A stretch of DNA of 58,334 bases, filler included, from Bipalium vagum (taxonomy: Eukaryota): the NCBI GenBank assembly GCA_037834085.1. It is 3 parts of 3 records of this genome, joined end to end, with 100 filler letters (N's around TTAATTAATTAA, not from the genome) between each part and the next. Parts side by side here need not be neighbours in the genome. Positions count along the whole stretch, not along the records: positions 42,439 to 58,334 come from JBBMKC010131290.1; 2 more parts are not named here. One strand, 5' to 3'. This document shows positions 50,780-58,334 of the stretch, piece after piece. The position numbers and the translations under genes were made by a program. Positions within the stretch are counted from its first letter, which is position 1. Every line of letters begins with the position of its first letter. The notes under the pieces are model-generated. The model saw only the letters and a program-made list of their open reading frames with translations. It was not told the DNA's origin and ran no database searches.

Positions 50780-51110
50780 ATAAAATCGAGTTGATGTAAA
50801 TGTCTCAGGACAGTTGCTTGATGTTTACATTAAACATTTACACCAAAGTCGCGTGAACATGAAGGATTGTCTTTCAAGGCTGTAATCAATTCATCATCCA
50901 GTAGCAGTGAAGGTCGACCTAAAAGTGAATTGTTTTCAATGTTTAAATCTCCATTGTTGAAGCGCTTGAACCGCTTAGCAGTAGTCTTCTGAGCAACAAT
51001 CCCTTCACCTTCTAAATCGAATATCTCTCTGCAAGCATCCATCATTCTAAAGTCTCTTTCCCAATAGTGGCGCAACAACATTCTTATCTTAAATTTTGAA
51101 ATCTGCACAA
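50780..51110 (-). mobile_element. mariner (Mos1-like) transposase N-terminal HTH fragment
   Basis: IRMLLRHYWERD..ACREIFDLEGEGIVAQKTTAKRFKRFNNGDLNIEN...GRPS. Confidence 0.8.
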
Positions 51111-54100
51111 AAGTCCCAGTAGAAAAATGAAAAAATGAAGAACTATATTCTAACAAATTGTAAGTTCTTCAACACAACTAAAACTGACATTTCAATGTAA
51201 TAAAGATTTAACTCCATATCGATGAGCTTTCCTACAACTTTTAGACACTTTTTTCATGGCTTCCGCAAAAGTAGATGTTTCTCTCCTTGTGAGCACAGAT
51301 TTTAACCTTCTCTGGAAACATTGAATTTTCTTTGATAGATAATTATTGGCATACACTTTTCCTGTCAAGTTCGCCAAAAATCCTCGGTTGGGTGCTTTTA
51401 TGAATATTTGGTGGATTTTCTTCTTTATGAACGTATGGAATTTTTGAGTACTCCATTTCTGATAAACTATCTTTGGCGTAATATGCTGAGGTTAGTTCTC
51501 TTCAATGGTGTCTTGTGATGAAATCTGCAACTTTTGGGAGGCAAAATGTTTGGTAGTGCTCAACTTTCAATGATAGACCAGACTCGAAAATTTGAGGTTC
51601 AGACATTCTTTTCTCTGAAATAGCGAGTCACAACAAAACCTTTGATGGAAACTTGGTGCGGTCGATAAATTTTAATTCGTCAGCAATTTAATATTGAAAA
51701 TGCTCGTAAAATGAGATATTAAAATTATTCTTTTTGCAAGTTATGTCGTCAGATCCATAAATTATTTTTTTATGAATATTAATCTAACTTTATCTTCACC
51801 TACGATTATATAAAGAGACGGTTATTCCCAGCAAAAACCAGGCAAATAAAAAGAAAGTTTGTTTTTGAAGAGATATGTTGTTTAAAAAGAAGATTTGTTT
51901 TGACAGAAATTTTTTGCTATCAAAGAAGATTTATCTTTGCAGAGCTTGTTAATATCTGAAGACATTCTAATGAGACTTTTTTTATTATGCCACAGAAAAT
52001 GCAAAAGGATTTACCAAGGGAACCCAACGAGTTTTTGAATCCCTAGGTGATCTGAAAAGGACTTAGATGATGACTCAGGGACCCCTTATCGCTCCTGGTG
52101 AGGATATTTTCAATTTTCTTTGTTTTCTTTATTTTTATTATTAATCTAAATGTCATTTTAATCATTTGGTTTTGAATTATTTATTGTGCTTGATTTTTTT
52201 GATTTTCAGACAGTTGAACAATCATGATTTTTAGACATTTGAACGATTCTGATTGTGAGTTTTGGTGACGAGTGTAAAGATCGTTTTGGAATGTTTAATA
52301 AAGTTAATAAAGTGATTGTTTTGATTCAACTAGGGTTTTATTGTGGAGTTTTGATTCAGTTGAGTTTAAATTTGCGTAACTGTATAAGCAAAACGAACAC
52401 AAAATTAGAAAGTGAGGAGTTATCGATTTTCGAGCGAAAGTTACTTGCTAAGGTATAATAGTAACTGTACTAAAAGTAATTGGTTAATTCCATTCTTTAT
52501 TCTTATATATTAGTATATTATTAAAAGTGTGCTTGCTTTTACTTTTTATCTTTACAAAGTTATGTAATAATAATAATAATAATAATATACGATAATAATA
52601 TAATATCGTATTAACTATAAATTGCAAAACTTTAAATTTCTTACTTTAGATATTATATCTGGTTTACTTTATTGTGTTGTTTGGGGTGCTGGTCGGGGAT
52701 AAAAAGGTTATGGTTCAATTGATTTTCTCGAAACAGTTCAAAAATTCAATTTTCAATATAAATTCCACAAGAGTGACTGACATTGATAGTGTCATCTCTT
52801 CTATTACAGGTAATAAAATCAATATTATTTAGTCTCCATGTAAAACTGAAAAGTCCGTTTTATTTTTATTATGAATCAGGTAGGCCATCATTACACTTTA
52901 TTATTTTTTAACTTGTACTTTTAATTCTGTTAACCGCGGCTTCTATCAGTAATCCCAAATCTTTATCAATATTTCGTATATTCCTCAGCTTTATCCCATA
53001 TTAGCTCTAAGATTGTTATTGTATAGTCGACGATGACCAATTAGTTCTCCAAACATGAGGTGAAACTTTATTCGCCCTCTTGAGAGCATTACAAAGTTAC
53101 TGCCTCTCTGAGAGCAAAAATTAGACCTGATAAGAGTCATCAGAAATTGGCTATGGCAATTCTCTAAAAACCCGAGTCACACATGGAGTGAACTGAAAAC
53201 CCCACTAGGACATCAATATTTAGGATTTTTATTCATTTTTTTATTTTTTATTGATTAGTCAGTTAATATGCTTTTTAAGGCCAAAAATATTGATTTTTAA
53301 AAATTTCAAATAGTTACTATGTGAATAAAGTATATTTAATTTAAAATATATCTACGACTTTAAAAATTCTAAATAAATTTTTAACTTTATTACAATCAAT
53401 AATTGCAGCCCTGAAGAGAACTATTAATATTCTCATTAACAATAGTTATAAAAATGTATTAAAGTTTTAAAACTAATGACCTTGAAAACTGTAAATATTA
53501 ATTTAAACAAAACAAGATCAAACCGATTTTCAACGGAAATATAATTATTTTCCTAAAGTAATAAAAATAATTTTTCTTTACTTTGATCTATTTTGTCTAT
53601 TGTATTATTTTTTTTCAAAAATTTCACTTAAAAGAAAAGATTGAATAGCTTTTTGATTTTCAGATTCCTGGCTGCAATATGTAATATTATTTTTTATCTT
53701 ATGTATTTATGTGCATATCTGTGCGTTCTTCTATTTCGTATGCAAGTGGACCTACTTTTATGGACAAGTAATATTTACTTACATATTATTCCAAACTATT
53801 AATAATTAACTATATAATTATACTTTTTTCATTATTATTATTATTATTTATTATTATAATTATTATTATTATTATTAAATTATTAAATTAAACTATCGCC
53901 ACTAAAAGATTATCACCTCTCAACATGATTTTTATATTCTTTAGTTTATCCTGTGTCTGTTTACCGTTATTGTTCTGATGGCTACATACTCGGCTTTAGC
54001 AACCATGAACGTGGACCAAGTGAGCAGATTTATATTTTACGTATTAATACTACTACTGATGAGCATAATCTGAAGGGAATCCAAATTCAAAGAGGAACTA

Positions 54101-54499
54101 AACAATATTAAACTCTTTTAATGAATAGAATATTTAATATAAGAATACTAACACTAGTAAACTATTTGTGGACCGTTAGCACTTTACTATGGTTGTATAT
54201 CGCAACCAAGCTCCACCGATTTCTGACAAATGACCAAAAATCTTTGAGGACGTGACTTGTCGTGATGAAAAAAAATTTCTCTATAATTGGCCAATTTTTG
54301 ATTGCTTCTGTTGCAACCAAATATTTAATTTTGATATGTACTGACAGTATAAACGGAAATCAATTGTTCCTCTGGGACAATAAGTGTTTGAAGATACAAC
54401 GCCCTTTCAATCTCACCATAAGCAAAACAATTATTTTTCGATCAAATCACGTTGTGCTACTGTTTGAGCTGAGTAAAGGTTTGTTTAAATTTATCTTTT

Positions 54500-54900
54500 A
54501 GTTTTTTGTTTACATTTATATTTTTAAAAGCGGATGACATCCGTTATGGCAATGACCATTCTGTCAAAGATGTCAATCGATATTTAGCGTTATCCCCATG
54601 TTATCCTCGCCTTTTTTAAATTGTTGAAAAATAGTTTTTTGATCAATAAACCCAGTCCATTTGATACAGCATACCTTTATATTGTTCTTTTTTTTAAATT
54701 TCATTTATTTTGACAAGTTTTCCAACTTATTTGTTTTAAAACAACCTCATATCATTATTAATTCATCATCCGTTTTCCAGATTTTCTGCGTACATATGTT
54801 TTCATTTATGACCCGAAAATTTCAAAATTTGACTCATCAGGCCATAGAAATTTTTCCATTGTTTCAATGACCAATTTTGTATTGATGTGCCTATATATTT
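54500..54900 (-). mobile_element. Decayed Tc1-type transposase catalytic fragment
   Basis: Frameshifted LWPDESKF/EIFGS..KTYVRR and IMI*GCFKTNKLENL resemble Tc1 WSDESKF and VMVWGCF. Confidence 0.55.
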
Positions 54901-55299
54901 TTTCTTATTTTCTTTTCTTAACAGTGGCTTTAAACTACAATACGCCGAAATGGCCCAGCTTAATTTTGCACGCGAAGAAAAGTATATTGAATTTTTATTT
55001 ATGTAATGATTGCACTCTATTTTTCTATATTGATAACTCTCTGTTGGCTGTCATTGTAAAATCTATTTATAAATGTATCGATTTAATTGATTTTTTTAAT
55101 AAAACATGGTTTTTATATGTATAATCCGACTTTTGGGGTAAAAGTTAGAAATTCAATGCTTTTACATTTCAAGACTAGAACTGGCTTTGATAAAAATAGT
55201 TTTGCATCGATCGAAAAAAATAATTCGTAATGTCTCATGCCTAATGAAAGTTTCGATTAAGAAGTTCAATTATCATTTATTCATGAAGAGTTGGAAAAG

Positions 55300-55870
55300 G
55301 TTTGTATGATATTGACGAATTGCACTGATAATAGTAAATAGTTGCTATATAACAATATTAAACGTTCAGTACAGTGGTTAGACATTTGTGAATGTCCAAA
55401 GTTCTTCCCAAAATCGATTCAACATGAAAAAAGATAATTGTTACGAGATGGTTGTGTTCAAAAGCAATAATTCATTACTATTACCTGAAAGGGAGAAATA
55501 ATAACAAAAACTAGAAACTGATATTATTCAAGAAAATTTGAAAAGAATGTACCCAGCATTGATCAATAGAAAAGGTCCAATTGTATTACCCGACAATTCC
55601 CGTCTGCATATCGCAAAGCAAACAATGAATAAGCTGAAAAGCCTGAATTATGAAATTCTGCCACATCCACCTTACTCTGCCGATCTCCCGCCAACTGATT
55701 TCCATTTATTCAAACATTCACAAAATATATTTTGAATGGAAAAAGATTTCAGATCGAAGAGGCGCTAAAAAGGTAATTTGAACAGTTCATTGCTTCCAGG
55801 TCTACCAAATTCTACCGCATAGGACTGGAAAATCTACCAATTCGTTGGCAAAACTGTTTAACACTAATTG
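55300..55870 (+). mobile_element. mariner transposase C-terminal remnant
   Basis: KGPIVLPDNSRLHIAK..YEILPHPPYSADLPPTDFHLFKH; downstream FYRIGLENLPIRWQNCL. Confidence 0.85.
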
Positions 55871-55899
55871 TTTTTATATTAATCTATAAATATAGGGAC

Positions 55900-56210
55900 T
55901 CAGGAAAATGATAACCTCCTTCATGCAGTCGATTTCAAATGGTTTTGGTTGAGAAAATTGTTCAGGTTGAAACAATGTCTTCTGCAAGTTTTTGGATTTT
56001 TCATAACTTTTTTAACAATATCTCTTGTTAGTCGACTTGTTAGTGACCTTGGTCTGCCTGATCTCTTCTCATTTGCAGTGGATCAAGCTTGAAAGTTTTT
56101 ATTTCATATTGAACTGCAGAAGAGGATAGCTTCAGTATAGCAAAAGCTAATTTTTCCTTTACTCTTCTTTTTTATTACTCTTCTAAATCGACCTTTTCGT
56201 GTGTCATTTT
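55900..56210 (-). mobile_element. Tc1-type transposase N-terminal HTH remnant
   Basis: LKLSSSAVQYEIKTFK/STANEKRSGRPRSLTSRLTRDIVKKVMKNPK. Confidence 0.55.
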
Positions 56211-56334
56211 AAAGTCTTTAAAAAATATAAGGTGTAGGAAAATGTTTTAGTCCATTTTTAAAAAACTTAAATGTTATTAAAAAGGTAATATATTTATTTT
56301 TATACGACAGGGATTCAAAACATTACAGTTATCA

Positions 56335-57374
56335 ACAAAATATCCATTAATGGAAATCACTTTTTGCTATCTTTTAGGTAATTGCCGAATCCCAGAACGA
56401 TAAAAAGATATTGGTTTTGACGCAAAATAATTCTTGATAAAATCTCGTATCTGGTTAGCATTTTTGAAACATCTGGCTAATTCATGTTGCATTGAGTGAA
56501 ACAAATGAAAATCTGTAGGAGCAAGGTCTGGAGAATAAGCCGCTTGAGGAAGTACTTCCCAACCTAATTGTAAGATTGTTTCTTGAGTATGTTTGTCGCT
56601 ATATGCGGTCTGGTATTGTCGTATACCAGGACAATCTTACGCGATCCTTGCCCGAAAAAAAGATCTCTTTTTCTTGATTTGTTTAGCCAAATGCAGCAAT
56701 TTTTATTAAAACGTTCCGCATTAATGTTTGAATTAGAATATAGAATTATAATGGTTGAATTGAATCATAATGAATGGGTCCTTTCATATCCCACCAGATG
56801 CAAAGGAATACTTTCTTATTGTGAATATTGTTTTGACAGCTGAAGTAGCTGGCATTCCAGATTCTACCCACGAATTTTTGGTTTTGGATTATTGTAATTA
56901 ATCCATTTTTCATCTCCAGTGACGATTTTCCTTTTTTATTAAGTCTTTTTTTATTTGTCTAGAAATAAGGGATGCGCATGTTGTTAATCGGCATAAAATA
57001 TGGCTTTCGGAAAGTTCGTGCGGAATCCACTTTCCAGCCTTCTGAATTTTTCCCATGTCGTGTAACCGTATCCCAACAGTTCTTTGATCAACGGCAAGTT
57101 GCTTAGCGAGTTCTACTTGCGTCTGGACTGCATTTTCATTCAGCAGCTTTTCCAATTTGGTTGATTTCAATATCTGTGGAGCGCCACTACGTGGTCGAAC
57201 GATAACATCAAAATTTCCGTCTTTGAATCGACGATACCAGTATTTACATGTACCAAGGGATACGGCATTATTAACAAGAACAGGACATATTGATTTAAAT
57301 GCCTGGGATGCATTTTTGCCTTGATCAAATTCATATCTTATGCAACACTGAAAGAACAATTTTTCATCACTCAT
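56335..57374 (-). mobile_element. Near-full-length frameshifted mariner transposase pseudogene
   Basis: HTH (IRYEFDQGKNASQAFKSI...WYRRFKDGNFDV..RPRSGAP), WIPHELSE, IVTGDEKWINYNN, YDNTRPH and AYSPDLAPTDFHLF across shifted frames. Confidence 0.9.
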
Positions 57375-58334
57375 TTTGAAGACTGATATTTTGTTTTTTT
57401 AAAATAACTCAAGTATAAAATTAATATATTTATAAAATTTAATATATTGATTGACAATGTAAAATTTCGCGGCAGTTATTTGAGAATAATAATTGATTAA
57501 TAAAACAACGATGAAAAAATGGTTTAAAATTTATGCCTACACATAATATATTGATTATTATTAAGCAAAATAGCCGATTAAAACAATTGTTATTTTGGTT
57601 AATTAGATTATTTTCGTTTTCCATCACTATAATATTTTAAACAAAATTTAATTAATTTAATAAATTCTTTTTAGTCTATTTTAAATCATTTATTATTTAT
57701 GACAAGTGATAACAATAATAATAATAATAATAATAAAAGTAATAATTTCAATTTCTTTATGTTTACTGTTATAATTGTAAAACTTGTGTCATTATCCTGA
57801 ATTTTATTAATTTTTTATTCCAGCTGAAAGCGTATGTTTTCGATTATTCGAAAAGTTTGATGATGTCATATGAGGGTCAAGGAGGAAATTCATTCAAAAC
57901 AGTTCTAGTTGATTACTTTCAAACAAAAGTATTAAATTCAAATAAAAATAATTATCTAATGATAAAAATTTATCTGAAAATATTTATTTTTATTTTTATT
58001 TTTATTATTAGTAGTATTGTTAGTACTTTAATTTTATTATTATTATTATTATTATTATTTATTATTATTATTATTATTATTATTTATTATTATTAAATTT
58101 ATATTATTTAAAAAATATTATTATATTATTATTTAATTTAAAAAGTTATCAATTTTAGAGAAACTTAACGCATTATTCTTTATTTACCGATTTATTATCG
58201 GTATCGTTTAAAGAGAATTCATTAACCATGGTTTTAGTGGGTTCAGTGAATAAATATTATTAGGGGTTTTAATTAATTTCCGCCGTTTTTAGAACAAAAA
58301 GAACATTTATTTTTACTACAATCATAATAAATAG

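Noticed and set aside
52900-53130. Possible CR1/L2-like LINE RT tail (DKDLGLLI on the minus strand)
   Set aside because: A single short motif among stops and frameshifts; insufficient support
57857-58096. Hydrophobic 79-aa ORF resembling a membrane protein
   Set aside because: The Ile/Leu run is translation of a (TAT/ATT)n microsatellite

Overview
Very AT-rich eukaryotic (metazoan) genomic DNA with spliceosomal GT-AG introns, several only 45-49 nt long. Base composition, intron sizes and the transposon content suggest a flatworm such as a planarian (inference only). Two 100-bp assembly spacers (N44-TTAATTAATTAA-N44) break the window. Host genes: (1) the 3' part of a FAM135-like DUF676 alpha/beta-hydrolase gene (+, 5 phase-consistent exons, 333-10986); (2) a complete FoxK gene with FHA and forkhead domains (+, 6 exons, 14856-22291); (3) an unrecognised giant Lys/Glu/Cys-rich gene (-) with a ~6.8-kb exon containing eight ~70-aa CxxC-x24-CxxCC repeats; (4) a divergent cytoplasmic poly(A)-binding protein (-) with large RRM3/RRM4 loop insertions and an altered MLLE motif. 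The intergenic DNA is full of decayed elements: Tc1/mariner, pogo/Tigger, piggyBac, Ty3/Gypsy, a tRNA-Ala-like pseudogene, and Polinton/Maverick remnants with pPolB, pX-like and protease-like pieces. No CRISPR array or prokaryotic system is present. The best novelty candidates are the Cys-repeat giant protein, the atypical PABPC and the Polinton remnants.
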